Assembly (NCBI GenBank): GCA_030770535.1
Contig: JASVEC010000025.1
Coordinates: 372,001-436,000 of the forward strand
Origin: Batkoa obscura
Taxonomy: Eukaryota
Reading direction: 5' to 3'
DNA: 64,000 bases
The notes below the pieces were generated by a model, which searched no databases, had not been told where the DNA came from, and was given only the letters and a program-made list of their open reading frames with translations. Shown here one piece after another: positions 1-13,329 of the stretch (the first letter of the stretch is position 1; each line of letters begins with the position of its first letter). The position numbers and the translations under genes are program-made.

Positions 1-1188
1 TGTTATTATAATCTTCTTCATATAATCCACAATATTCTAAATAGCTTTTTTTATTTTGTTCTTGTTTTTGTTTATTAGTTTGATTTTCTACTTTTGTTTT
101 CTTTACTTTTTTACTGACTGGAGTTGTTACTTTTTCAATTTCTTTTACCTGTTTTTCTTCTACTTCTGGCATTTTAATTTCTACATTAAATTTTTCCGAT
201 AAAAATACAACCAATGGAAATACAGCTTTACGTACTTTAACAGTAATATTGGGTTTCGTTACTCTATTAAAACATCCTTCAATAAACTTTGGTAAATGTT
301 TATTTAAAATTTTCGATTCTAAATTTTCTTCTACTGCACTTATTAACTTATCGAAAACCATTTCATTTACTTTACTTATAACTAATTTATTTTTAGTATG
401 AGATACTAACTCAATAATTGGTAATAATAGTTGATCTAATGGGTAATCATCATTATCTTCATTGAATGGTAATACTTTGACTAACTCATCCCAATAAATA
501 TCAATCACATGATATTGTAATCCAATATTTTTAAAATCTGCTTCAGTATTGAATGGTACAGCTTTATAAATATCAAATACACTTTCAATATAACTATTAT
601 CAAACTCATGCTTTTTGAGTAATTGGAAAGTAACATTAACAAATCGACGTACTAATAAATAATATTTATCAACACTAAAAAAATAAAAATAAAAATAAAA
701 ATATAATAATTAGTATTGTATATTAAATAAATTTTAAAATTACTCTTACCGATGTTTATCTAAATGTGGCCAATCCATTGACATTGTATTCCAAAAACAT
801 TTTAAATTAAGTAAAGCTAAGTTACTAGATAACTCCAATGTTATCTCGGCCATCTTTAAAGAGAAATTTTGTTGGTTGATTGGTTTATCGCATAACCAAA
901 AAGAATAAAATAATCCTCTCCAAATCATCATATATTTCAATTCATCTAAATCATTTTCATTTTCTTTTAAAAAGGAAGATAACTCTGCTAAAGCTGCATC
1001 TCTAATTTCTGGTTCTTTAAAAAATTAATATCTTCCTTTATTTTAAGTGATTATTTATTGTAAAAATTACCAGTAGAAGCCAGTTGCCTATTTACTTTTT
1101 TTATCTTATCAATAATATCTCCACTACTTTTTACTCCCTCTCCGTTGGTTTCCTTCATGGTAACTTTCTTTTCAACACTATCAACCAT
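1..1188 (-). CDS. RRP1: Rrp1/Nop52 nucleolar rRNA-processing protein (3' end outside window); introns 1015-1070 and 675-749
   Basis: Spliced translation: RQLASTEPEIRDAAL...IWRGLFYSFWLCDKP...WPHLDKHRVDKYYLLVRRF, matching Nop52-domain motifs. GT-AG introns keep the frame. Confidence 0.85.
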
Positions 1189-1916
1189 CTTTTACAGAAT
1201 AAAAAAGAGAAGATTTAATCATTATTTTTGCATTACAATTTACTTGTTTAAATTGTACTTTCATTGGCTTAAGTCCCATCATCAATTCTTTATTAGCCAA
1301 TTACTGAATATGAAATGAATAATTTATTGGATTTGTAAGAAGTTCCATTGGGTTTGAAAATTTTCGAATTTCGAGGTGCGAGAATTTTGCTAAATGTACA
1401 AGCTAAAACTGATTATTGGCTGATAAATAACATACATTTTTGGTAAATTAGCATAAATTGTAAATTTTCGAATGTTGATTATTGTAAAATTGTAGTTTAT
1501 AAACAATTGATATATAATTTAATATTTTCATCAAGATATTTCTTTCATTTATATACTTTCCTTGTATACTTATCCCTTTTAAAACGCATTTTTTTATTTT
1601 CAATGTTCTCATCATTATTACAAAAGTTAAATGGATTAAATTGTATAAACAATCAGTATTATTTACAACATGAGGTTTAAATGATGTTTCTATTTCGATA
1701 ATAATTAGCATAAAATTTATAATTTAAATGTATTATTGTAAATAAATTAAGTATGCAAATACAATACACTTTTTAAAGCATTTATATATTATACTATCAA
1801 AAATGTTTGAAAGAAGAATAAGATTGTCTAAAAGATTGAATTTTATACGTAGTTTTTACACCATTAATACGTTTTGAGGTGTTTTTAAATTGGATCAAAT
1901 TATACAGTTAATATGT

Positions 1917-2015
1917 GAGGGTATTTTTTTTGACTTCATTATTTTTTCCATTTTTTAAGCACTATTTGAGCGGAAAGATTGTTAGTAAAATTCTTAAACA
2001 AAAAAGTACATCCCC
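1917..2015. mobile_element. ~100-bp GGGG..CCCC MITE (family A) copy
   Basis: Matches the family consensus; flanks are ATGT/ATAT. Confidence 0.85.
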
Positions 2016-2942
2016 ATATAGCTTATATTATAGAGCTTTTCTAGTGCTCTTTATATATCAGTTTGACTTCAGAAGCTCTAAATAAAGAGTCAGGCATTAA
2101 TAGATTTATACAAAAAATAAATTTAATAAAGATTAATCTAAATTCTCGTCAATTTATTATAGTTTGATAACTTGAATATTTAAACCTTGAAATTTTTATT
2201 ATTAATTTTTCATTTTTTAAATTATTTTATAGTTATAAATATAATAATCATAACTTTTTTATAAATTTTGAAATAATTTTATAAATACGAACTCAACTTG
2301 TCCATAATAATAAAATAAACAGCAATTAAATGATTCTTATATAAAAATTAAATTTATAACTGTAGCTCTTAAATAAACTAGTTTTTAAACTATTATTTTC
2401 TCATGATGCATCAAGTATTCTTTAATCATTTTATTTAACAATTAGCTCCTTAATTATATAAAAATAAGTATTAAAATAGTACTTTAATCTAAATCATTAA
2501 TAAAATGAAGATATTGTGCTTAATTTTTAGCATTATAAAATATAACATATAAAAACAATTCCCAGAAAGATTACTTTATTTTGTTTTCATTTATTCATAT
2601 TTAATAAGTTTTTTTTATATAGTTGATAAATCATATTATAGTTAAAATTTATTCTGATCTATTTTTAATTCAATTGTTTAAAAAAACTTGCTAAATAATT
2701 CTAATTTTAGAAAATACTATATGCATCCCTCTTATTTCTTAAATCAATAGTATAATTATAAACAATGTTTACTCGATCAATAAATAAAACAGTTAAATTG
2801 TAATAAAGTCATACATCATTTTTTATAAATAAAACTTTTATTGAAACATGCATTATGTTATGTTAATAACGTTACTTTCCCAGATTAATAAGATTTTATA
2901 CTCACTTCCTATTAACCTCCCAATTATCTATTCCCGACCTTA

Positions 2943-3290
2943 TTACCCATCTCTATTAAGTATAAACTCTAAATCACCCGGATAGATTGACTTCTCCTCT
3001 CTCTCTTTCTTACTCATACTCTTATCCTCTTCTTCCCGAAAAGATACCTTTTTACCTTTTTTCAAATCCATTTCAGTATATTGCATATATTTACTTGTTT
3101 TGACTTTTTTTCTTGCTTTACAATCTTTAGTCCATTGTTCCATTTTTGTTGGATGGCGTGATTTATAATGATTTCTCAAACTTTGAGTACCTAAATAAGA
3201 GGTCTTACATAAACTACATTGTATTTCGGTGGTGTATAATTTGCGTAAATTAATCATTCCTTGCACTCCTTGATTGTTTTTAACACTCAT
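2943..3290 (-). CDS. Small basic protein with a single C2H2 zinc finger
   Basis: 115-aa ORF with C-x2-C-x12-H-x4-H (CSLC...HYKSRH) followed by a Lys/Arg-rich tail. Confidence 0.55.
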   Translation of the reverse strand: MSVKNNQGVQGMINLRKLYTTEIQCSLCKTSYLGTQSLRNHYKSRHPTKMEQWTKDCKARKKVKTSKYMQYTEMDLKKGKKVSFREEEDKSMSKKEREEKSIYPGDLEFILNRDG

Positions 3291-3876
3291 TTTTGAAGGT
3301 TGTTATATGTTAAAAGGGTTAATTTATTTATTAATTTTATTAAATGAATTAAGTTAATTATTTTAAGAAAAGAAAAAAGAGTTTAAGATCAAGTTGAAAG
3401 TTTATGATGCTTGTTGGCTTAGTTTGATTACATTCTTTGTTATCTATAAAAGGAAAAAAATAATATCAAGTTGTTAAATTGACCTGGAATCTATTAATAA
3501 AGCTACAATTAATTTTTATTGACTTTTAAAGAAGATAACACAATGGACTTAAGACGCTTTATCAGTTTACAAAAATAGCTGGAGAGACTAGTTTATGACT
3601 GACTATGTACATTAAGTTTGACTGTTAGAATTTAATTTATGATATTTAATATAATATAAAAAAGTATCAAAACATTGAAAAAATTTAAATTGATATTTTT
3701 ATTTGAAATAGTTATTAAAATAATACTAATTTAAAATTTAATTAATTGAAAGTTAAGCTATTCATAGATTAATTTGTTGTAATCATATTAAATAATTTAT
3801 TATTTTTATTCTAAATAATGATAATAACTAATAACGCGTTATCAATTCAATTCATTGTTAACTGAAATATCTTTAT

Positions 3877-3979
3877 GGAGATATGTTTTTTGTTTAAGAA
3901 TTTTACTGAGATAGCCTTTTCACTCAAATATAGTGCCTAAAAAATGAAAAAAGTGATTAAACTAAAGAAAAACGTCCTC
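3877..3979. mobile_element. MITE family A copy (degenerate)
   Basis: Consensus match; TTAT direct repeat on both sides. Confidence 0.8.
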
Positions 3980-4655
3980 TTATATTTTTTAAATAAGGTA
4001 AAAGTTGAAAGGTATTAATAACGATTATTTTAAATAGATTTAACTCAAAAATAATGTCGAATATTGTTTATAAATAAGTGAATATATGTCATTTGCTTTA
4101 TCTAGTTTATTAATAGTTTTTTATTTCATACACTTTATGCTCTAAATTAACTAAGATAATTAACTTGACTGTAAGTGCTAGTATTATTCAGTTTAAAGTT
4201 AATTATTATATGGGAATATTTTTTTAGCTATTACCCTTTTATATTATTTTAAAATTTAGAAATTAATTAGTCAATGCAACTGTTTAAGTTCAAGCGTGTG
4301 GTCACAAACGATAAATTTTATAATCAATTATTTACTTTATTATGGCAATTTAAGGCTTATTAATTTAATTTTTATTTTAAAATAAACAATTAACTAATAC
4401 ATACTCAAGCTTAAATAACATACTAGTTAATTAATTTTAAATTTAAAAAAATAACAAAAAATAACAATTAGTAAAAACATCTTCACTTATTTTAAGCTTG
4501 AAGGCTAAAATAAAAATTTCTTTTGATTATAAATAGATATTTTTAATACCACTGTGCCTGATAAATTATTGTGTATTAATTAAATTTAACTAATTAACTT
4601 TTTAAAGTTATACTTTAAATTTAAAATAAATCAACAAATAACTAATAACAATGTA

Positions 4656-4920
4656 CTTGTCAGTCCTCTGGTTCATTTATAGGACTCATCCCAGATTATC
4701 TTTTGATAAGGAACCAATCTTACCTTCGTTGAGTTCTATTTTCATTGAATAGAGAATAGTGTAGTTTAGATATTTTAGTTATGCTAAACCTTGTCTTTCC
4801 GGGAGTAGACGTATAAGGTAGACCCTTTTATCTAGGGCTTACCTTCCTTCCCTTTAGCTTGTTTTATTATTATTCATAAATAAAGCACTTGTAAACTTCA
4901 GTCCTTTCAAGAAATTAAAA
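4656..4920 (+). mobile_element. 265-bp insertion with 16-bp target-site duplication (non-LTR retroposon-like)
   Basis: AACTAATAACAATGTA at 4640-4655 and 4921-4936. The insert is GC-richer than its flanks, with AATAAA and an A-rich 3' end. Confidence 0.55.
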
Positions 4921-5556
4921 AACTAATAACAATGTATGGAATATTCTATTTTAGTTCGAAAAAACAATAAAGAATTTAAGACTCTCATAAGAAAATCAGT
5001 ATTTTAAATAGAAAAAAATAAGACATGTTTAGCCTTGATATGAGTTTTACACTTTTGATCAAAACAGTTGTATTATCCTTCCAATAGATGGAAGCATCTT
5101 AATCATCCTCGCCTGTTAAGGCCATTTTTTAGCCTTTTCTAATTGATATAACTTGATTTCTCTTAATTGTTGTAGTTTTGTACTCATCCACTGACATTAT
5201 CTGGGCTATTATCAACTCTTATTTTTAGAAATGTTAGTTATCAGGAAACAAATATAAAGTAATGTTTTATAAAATTATAAAATCAATCAAAGTTTAATTA
5301 TAAAATAAGCATCGAATGTTAAATTTTAATAAGCAAGAAAAATAAATAAACATTATTTTTATGATTCAAAGTGATACTATTCATTTACGTTAATTGCAAA
5401 ATCCAAATATTTATTGCAGTATATGCTTTTCTTTTATTAAGTTTAGTATCAGATGTATTATATTTTTCACTGTATTAGACCATATAAAAAAATTAAAAGT
5501 AAGCAAATACCGTTCCAAAAAACTTCAAGATGCCAAAACTTCAAAATGGTAATAAA

Positions 5557-6028
5557 TTAAACATACACATCAAATCTTCATGCGAATTACAACTAAAATT
5601 ACTGAATTCGAATCCTTTTTTATATCCTTTTTAAACAGTGATTTTATATAACTTCGGAGAATCTTCCTATTTCCTTTGGCACAATCGGTTGTAAGTGTAT
5701 AGGAATCCCAATATTCACCCCCAGGACCATACACTTGAATTACCATTTAAGCTTATGAACAACCTTTCAATTCAATTTGATATCCACCTTGAGAGGAAGT
5801 ACCTCTTGGACTTGAACACTCGGTTTGAAGATTCCATGACTGTCATGTAATATAGCATTTACTACCGGCAGTACCTCTAGCTGCATTTCTTATATTGCAT
5901 GAACAAACAGCATTCATATATTGACTTCTGGCTTCAAAAGCACAATTAAACTTCCATCTCTGCGATATTACTGGGGTTGTAAAGACAATGAAATTTAAAA
6001 ATCCTAATAAGAAAAAAGACGATTTCGT
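5557..6028 (-). pseudogene. Pseudogene paralog of the secreted 8-Cys protein at 11595-12080
   Basis: Translates as (T)KSSFFLLGFLNF...WNLQTECSSPRGTSSQGGYQIELK...YGPGGEYW. It has ACG in place of ATG, in-frame TGA/TAA/TAA stops and 3' frameshifts. Confidence 0.9.
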
Positions 6029-8930
6029 TTTGTAATAAATCAGGTTGATTGAGAATAAAATAGAATATAATAATCAACAAGCAACTATGTTGACATTTAG
6101 AACTAATATTATATAATTATAAATATTTTTTGATACTTTTTTATCAAAAAAAAGTGGGTTATTTATATTGTCAGATTTTAGTCTAATATAAAATTTATCC
6201 ATACAGTTTAAATCACATTATTTGGTAAAGCCGTACGGTTTGGTATAGTTTATAATTAGATATAGTTTATTTTTAAGAGTTCTTATATAGTTTCAGTTTA
6301 TAGTCTTATGCTTAATTTTAATAAAGAACAATTTTTCCGATGTTAAATTCTTAAGAAAGCTAAATCATGAACAAATTAACAGGCATTCACTATTCAATGT
6401 AGTTGTATTATTGTGGACTTAACAATTGTATAAAATTTTTAGTAAAATATAGTTTTTCCACACTTTTTTTCTTACTCTAATTGTTATTTTTTATTATTTT
6501 TCATTATTTTTAATAAATAAAACAATTAGCTCTAGACAAACAAAAGCTTTTGAAAGAAAGCCAATTTGGACATTAAAAATAGGAAGGTATAAAAGTGTTG
6601 TTAGCATATGATAAAAATGATAACGTAATTAGTGACAATAAAATAAAAACCTTTAATAATTTAATAAATTAAAAAGATCTATTATTTTAACAGACATAAC
6701 AATTACTCAACATTAATAACAATATAATCTTCTTTTGTTATTTCTATCTTTTATAAGGGCTAACCATTGATGTACTATATAGAAGCTCGAATTAAATTGA
6801 TAAAACTTATTGTCAAGATTTAGGTCTAATAAATAAATTACTTTATCCCTGAAAGCGTTTCATTATTTACACTTGATTCAACTTTTAATATTTCGTTATT
6901 TTAGATTTAATAAAGCTCTTGGTCCTGTTCTTATCTCAACAACAAAGATCTATATTATTTAGATCAAATATCTTTTTCATATCTTTCCTAATATTTATTA
7001 TTAAAAATCGAATATTAACTTTTTTTAAATAAGCTTTTAAAGTTTAATATACATTTGTCACAAAATTATTTATTAAAACAATAAGAATCAATGTCATATT
7101 TTTTAACAAAATCTCTACAATAACATGTTATCAAGTAGAACTATTTTGATAGTTCTCCTCATTATAATAAACCTTATTTGAATCTGCATCAAAAATAAAA
7201 GTCTTTCATTATATCTAATTCAAATATTAACTTCTCACTATAATTTAAACAATAAAAAGCCATTTCAAACTCTCTTTTTCTCTTTTTCTCTTTTTCTCTC
7301 TTCGAAACTATTCAGGTGATAGTTGTCCGTTATTTTAGACTTTTTTGAAATTACATTCCTATTATTACTTATAAAATAATCTCTTACTTGAATAAACATT
7401 AGAGGAACATTGAGTACTGCACTTCACAGTTATCAGTTTTTTTGGCTATTACTTTATGTAAACTAGCTCTCTGGATAAGTATTTGTAATTGTTTAATTTA
7501 CAATGACTATAAAATAACTTTTAATTTTTTGAAGAATTAAAGTAACTGAAAATAGTATAAACTTATACAGTAGTCAATATTTGCTTATAGTAATTTTAAC
7601 TTATTAAAAAGACTAATCGTATTTGGTAATAGACCAGAAACCTTGCCCTTATATCAATGTAACAGCACCCCTTTAATTTAATTAAGCTATTAAATATAAA
7701 ATATTATCAACTTAAAACCTAATTATTATTTTATTTAAATGTAATCCATAGAAAGTCTCTGTATTAATTGATATTCAACGTTACTTTTATCTTTTTTGAA
7801 GTTGATAAAACCGTGATAGAAATGGGGTTTCTATTAAATTCTCGTATTTCGAACCACCAGCTATTAAATTTAAACTAACGTAAGCTCATCCTAACTTTTG
7901 AATTGTTTATTTATTTGAAGATAGTTAAGCTGATTTTTATTTGGCAATTTCATTCAAATACTTAAACTTATTAACTTCTATTTATTTTTTAAAATACTTA
8001 CTTACAGCTTGCCATCTAACATGTGTAAAATTGATCATTTATCATGGTAGCGTAATAAATCTATAATTGAAATTAATATTTATTTCAACGATTAATTTCA
8101 TAATTACTTAACTCACAGATTAGTTGATTCAATTTCAAGGTTTTAATTTTTTGATTTTTTCTTGAAATAAAACAAGATTTGAAATTTCGTTTAATGAACA
8201 TGTATTATTTTAGAACTCCCATTAAATACATTGATTGTTAATTGACTTTAAATTATTTATAGTATATTTAAACTTGGTTTTATATTAATATTGAAATAAA
8301 AGAGATATAGCAGTTCAATTCATGTAATTCAGTTCTAACCAAAAACCATACAAAGGCATACTATATCCCCTTTCTTTCCAAGGAGTCATTTATTTTCTAC
8401 TGTTGAATTAGAGATGACATATCTGATTAACCAAATTATTAAAGAATAATTTAATATATAATACATATGAGATCTTGTCAAGCTAACAAGCACCTATCAT
8501 AGCAAAACAAACAGCAGCAAAGGTACAAAATCTGTATATAGAAACTAAAAAAAACAAGTCAAGAACATCTAACCTAATAATTAATAATTAACTAACAATG
8601 CTTAAAAATATTAATAATGAAAGATTAGAGTATTTGAATACAGCAGTAACCAAAAAAAGTATACTAAAGAGCATTTAATCTGATAAATGAAATATTTACA
8701 ATGTTTAAAAAATTAATAATATTATATTAATATTCATTATATAGTATTTTGATATTATAAATAATAATAAAACTTAATAAAATATTAAAATCACAATTAT
8801 AAGTTAGCTTTTAAATTAATTTTTAGCATTTTAATAATTATAATTCTTAAAAAACAACAATTTATATTGAAATTTTTTACAAATTCCTCTTGTTTTTTAG
8901 GTTAAAAATAAAAAATAAATAGTTATGTCT

Positions 8931-9411
8931 TGTGAAGGTTGATACTCAGTGGTTGGAGTTAAAAGCAGTTCTTGGTTGATTAACTTGCCTTGAGTCGAAC
9001 GGTCTTAGTTTATATAATTAAGATAGACTTAACTTAACAGAAATAGTACGTAATAAGCTACGAACTATGTAAAACAAATAAAATAGACAATACTACTGTA
9101 AAATCTGCATAAGATATTGTCAGAAAGACTTAGTGGCCTTATTAACAGTACGATATCGGGGAGCAATTCAGTTAAAAAGCCTCGAGTTAGTATGTTGAAC
9201 AATCTCTTTCATACTCCAACTGGGTGGCTATATATAAGGAACATTATAACAGTTATTCCTTATTATAGTTGCCAAGTATGGACATCAAAACGTGGACAAT
9301 AAGTTCTTCGTGATCAGGTGGTAGCAATTCTCACAGCAAATCTATATAAGGAACTTTGGATCGATTATCATATTATAATCAATCCTAGGACTAATAAAGC
9401 AATATTTCACA
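8931..9411 (+). mobile_element. Solo LTR (481 bp)
   Basis: TGTGAA...TTCACA termini, GTCT 4-bp TSD, TATA-like and AATAAA signals; homologous to 14765-15245. Confidence 0.85.
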
Positions 9412-10035
9412 GTCTATAATTTATTTACTTGATTATTGTTTCATTAATTAGAATTTGTTTTTTTTAAATTTCAACTGTTATAGTTTCTTTTTTTTTCATT
9501 TAAAAATAATTATAAAAACTTGAATAGGTATAATATTTCAATTTATCTTTCACAATAAATAAAATTAAAAGTTTAACTTTAGATTTAAATTTACTCATAT
9601 TAAAAAAACCTTTTCTTAGTCTTAACTTGAAGGTTAATAAAGTACATATTTTATATGGCAGTAATTAAAACTAAAAAATTTAACATCACATTAAAAATGC
9701 TCTAGATCCTTTTTATTCGATGTGATGATTTGTTTTAAAATAAAACTAGTGTACTAGTATATTTTATAATTAAATGGACTTTACCTTTTTTAAAATTGGT
9801 ATTAATTCTATAAAACGCTTAAAAAAGATCAATACAAAAGTTAACTAGTGGATCATATTATTTGGCATATTTCACATGTAATTGTATAAAAGTATCATAT
9901 TGAACCACGATATATGTATCTCTCGAGTGCGATATAGTTAAACTGGGTGAAAACAAAACCATTTTTTGGCCAAATTTCAGATAGTATAAATAAAATATCA
10001 CTTTCTCGAGATATTATATATACCTTTTGTAGTTA

Positions 10036-11037
10036 ATGGTTTCAATAAAAAACGTAGTTTTACTAAGTTTAGCTTTTGGTGTTAGCTTCTACAACTCACA
10101 AAGTCCTAATATTGTTGAAAGCATCAATCGAAATTAACCAGCCAAGAAGAATGTTCTTTACTCCATCTTAGTTGGCAAAGAGTCTACTACTAGATAATAG
10201 TGGTGTGAATCATTAGATTTTCCGTCATTAGAGAAATGCTTTCCAAGTAAATAATTAGCTAGGCCATATACTTTTACTTCAGGTACTATTGAAAGCTTTC
10301 CTTTAAATTATAAACACTCAACAATTGCCCTTTATCCTAAAGTTTTAGCTTGTAATAATTTTATCTATTCTAAAACGTTTTCATATGATTTATTTATTAA
10401 AGATGAACCAAAAAATCTTTATGCGGTAACTGGAGCTGATCTAGCTATTAAAATAGCATTGATTTCATATCGTGGAATTATCACTCTAGAAAACTGGATA
10501 ACTGATTTTGATTGTGAGCTCATTCAATATCCTGGTGCCAAAGGAAACGCTTTAGTCTATACAGGATTTTATAAAACAACTATTGCATTGGAAAAACTTG
10601 AAAAATCAATTCTCCCCTAATCCAAAGTGTAAGGATTACAAATTTCTAATTATCAGTATTTCTTTGGGTATTACTTTAAAATGGAAAGAATTTTTACAAG
10701 GAAATAATTTAAACAACCAAATTGAGGTATTTGGATACTCAAATATAAGAGTAGATAATGAAGGTTTTCCACAACACATTACTGAGGCCAAATGTTCATA
10801 TACTTGTCACTCCAACTTAAATGACATTGTAACCCGTTTCTCATCAAGAAGCTTTAGTTACGTTCAAAGAGCAGCTAAAATTTATGAGCTTAAATTGTCT
10901 TTTGGGAAAATAGGATTTGTTTATTGTGGTTAGTCTTATATAGAGATTCTAACTGTGTACAAAGTCAGTAGAATCCTTATAGTGTTGCTCACCATACGCC
11001 TATGCTTAATAGATTTTTACTAACATCTTTTTGTTAA
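10036..11037 (+). pseudogene. Secreted class-3 lipase pseudogene
   Basis: Signal-like start MVSIKNVVLLSLA, then ISYRGIITLENWITDF..YPGAKGNALVYTGFY. The nucleophile elbow has decayed to ISISLG; RVDNEGF and NDIV are also present. Multiple frameshifts and stops. Confidence 0.8.
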
Positions 11038-11594
11038 ATTTAATAAACTAAACTAGATATATTTCATATTTTTTACTCTAACTATCTTTATAACGTGTTT
11101 TCTTAACATTATGAATGAACGGTTTAATACAGCTTTAATCTAAATGCTCCAACTATAAAATTATAATATGTGTTATATTTATATAACGTACTTAGTTATA
11201 GTGACAGATAAAAACGAATCTATTTTCGTTATTTTTCAGTCTATTTTGTTGACATTTAACAAAGTATATGTTAAAAAGTTGACAATATAAGTCCACTTTT
11301 GCTCGTCATAATAGAATTACTTTGCGTTGAGTTTTATAAAGTAGAGTAGATTAAAAAATTAGCTTTATAACCTAATATAATTCTATATATTTTAATCGAT
11401 TATAAAACCAAAGATATTATACCTATATGATGTGCTTTTATTTTACTATGCTCAATATTTAATTTTTTTATCTTGCCTTATTGTCAACAAAGCAAGTTCT
11501 ATTATAATTGAACCCTCATTAAAAATAAAATAAATACAAATTTTAAAGCATAAACAGCTTTCAAAATAAAAATCTTAAAGAAATGATAAATTTA

Positions 11595-12080
11595 TTAACC
11601 TGTCACGTCAAACTCTTGATTAACGTTACAACTATTGTTGGAGAATTCAATAGCAGCTTCCCCATCATGTGGAGCCTTATCCCTCAAATATCCTATAAGC
11701 TTTTTAAAGCCTCTTCTCTTATTTTCTTTGTAGCATTCTGTTCTAAATTCATGAGAGCTCCATTCTTCTCCGTTAGGACCATATATTTGAACGTCCATTT
11801 TAGCCTGATTACAGAACTTCATTTCAATTTGATATCCCCCTTGAGAAGAAGTTGCTCTTGAACCCGAGCATTCATTTTGAAGATTCCAAGGCGCTCGTGG
11901 AATATCGCAACTTGAAGTAGCAGTACCTCCTTCTGCACTTCTTATATAACATGAGCAATGAGCATCCATGGTTTGAACTCTGGTTTCAAAATAACAATTA
12001 GCAAACCATCTTCTCGACATTACTGTATCAGTAAAAATAACTAAATTCAAAAATCCCAGTGCAAAAAACGACAATTTCAT
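11595..12080 (-). CDS. Small secreted cysteine-rich protein (161 aa, 8 Cys), function unknown
   Basis: Hydrophobic signal peptide, intact single-exon ORF, a paralog with the same Cys spacing, and TATAAATA upstream. Confidence 0.8.
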   Translation of the reverse strand: MKLSFFALGFLNLVIFTDTVMSRRWFANCYFETRVQTMDAHCSCYIRSAEGGTATSSCDIPRAPWNLQNECSGSRATSSQGGYQIEMKFCNQAKMDVQIYGPNGEEWSSHEFRTECYKENKRRGFKKLIGYLRDKAPHDGEAAIEFSNNSCNVNQEFDVTG

Positions 12081-12551
12081 TATATAACTGAGTAACCTAA
12101 TGTGTATAGTAAAGTAGAATAGATAAATAACAGCTAAATATACTAGTAATAAGAATTAATACTGTATATGTAAAAATTTATTTAGTACTTTATTTTACAA
12201 GGAAAATGGGAGTATTTATAATGACAAACACACCATGATAAAATGTCCATATATATGGGTCATATCACGTTGCTGAGTATAATTTCATGGTTTAATATAA
12301 ATATATCTTAATATACAAATTATATTAGACATAAGTTCATGGATTTGGAAAAAGTGAGTTCTTGTTATTTACTTTCAATGAACCGGAGAAAATAATTAGT
12401 TCCATGTTATATATGGTGAATCAAAAATAGAACTTAATATGTGTTTTTCATATAGGGTAATAACATTTATGCGGACTTGAAAATTAGATCATTTTTAGAA
12501 ATGGCTATGCTCATAAGTAATATTGACAATATGAAAAATAATTCATAATAT

Positions 12552-12648
12552 AGGGATGTATTTTTTTGTTTAAGAATTTTACTAACAATCTTTCCGTTCA
12601 AATAGCGCTTAAAAATAGAAAAAGTGATGAAACAAAAAAAACATCCTC
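12552..12648. mobile_element. MITE family A copy
   Basis: Consensus match; ATAT TSD. Confidence 0.85.
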
Positions 12649-12658
12649 ATATATTTAA

Positions 12659-12890
12659 CCTATCACGCCTATTTCAAGAAAAAAAATTGAACAAAATGAA
12701 ATATATTTTTCTCAATATTTATTTAAATAAAAGTAAACAAAGTTAAAATATCATAATGTAAATAAAAATTATTATGGTCAAGGTCATAACAACTTGTGTT
12801 ACAAATTCTATACTTTGTCTATCTTCGCTTTGAGCAATTATTGGGGAAATTCATTTCATTTTAAATTTTCCTTGAAATAAGTGTAATAGG
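12659..12890. mobile_element. 232-bp piggyBac-like MITE (family B)
   Basis: TTAA on both sides. TIRs CCTATCACGCCTATTTCAAG / CCTATTACACTTATTTCAAG (17/20 match). No ORF. Confidence 0.7.
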
Positions 12891-13230
12891 TTAAGAGTAC
12901 CTTAAGAGCCAAAGAAAACAGTAAAAAACTAAAAAATATTCAATAGATATAGCTTTTGTTTTAAAGTTAGTATATTTTTATCGTTTATAAACAACTTTTT
13001 TATCTAATTTTATCATTAGTTTCTTTTATAAAAAAGCCTAACTATTAATATAGTTTAATTACTCATGTTAAATCGAATAAAATTTAAATATTGACTATTC
13101 CTCAACCATATGTTTGTACTTTATCAGCTTTTATTATAGATTATTTTCAAATCAATCATATAAAAACTTTATTTTTTAACAGCCCATAGAGGTGCTATCC
13201 TCATCAATCATAACTTTAAAAGTAGCATAT

Positions 13231-13329
13231 GGGGGTGTTTTTTTTGGCTTCGTTATTTTTTCCATTTTTTAAGCGCTATTTGAGTGGAAAGATTATTAGT
13301 AAAATTCTTAAACAAAAAAATACATCCCC
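13231..13329. mobile_element. MITE family A copy (near consensus)
   Basis: GGGGGTGTTTT...TACATCCCC with ATAT TSD. Confidence 0.9.

Noticed and set aside
1448..1711. 87-aa ORF, and similar ORFs at 34940 and 45920
   Set aside because: Low-complexity AT-rich translations without motifs.
5557..6028. Alternative genetic code explaining the in-frame stops
   Set aside because: TAA, TAG and TGA all terminate conserved genes in this window, and the locus also has frameshifts and a lost ATG.
7600..8700. Possible minus-strand membrane-protein relic (FCTFAAVCFAMIGA, GQGFWSITK)
   Set aside because: Fragments are too short and interrupted to assign.
9117..9302. 61-aa ORF
   Set aside because: Lies inside the solo LTR, has a TTG start and no domain.
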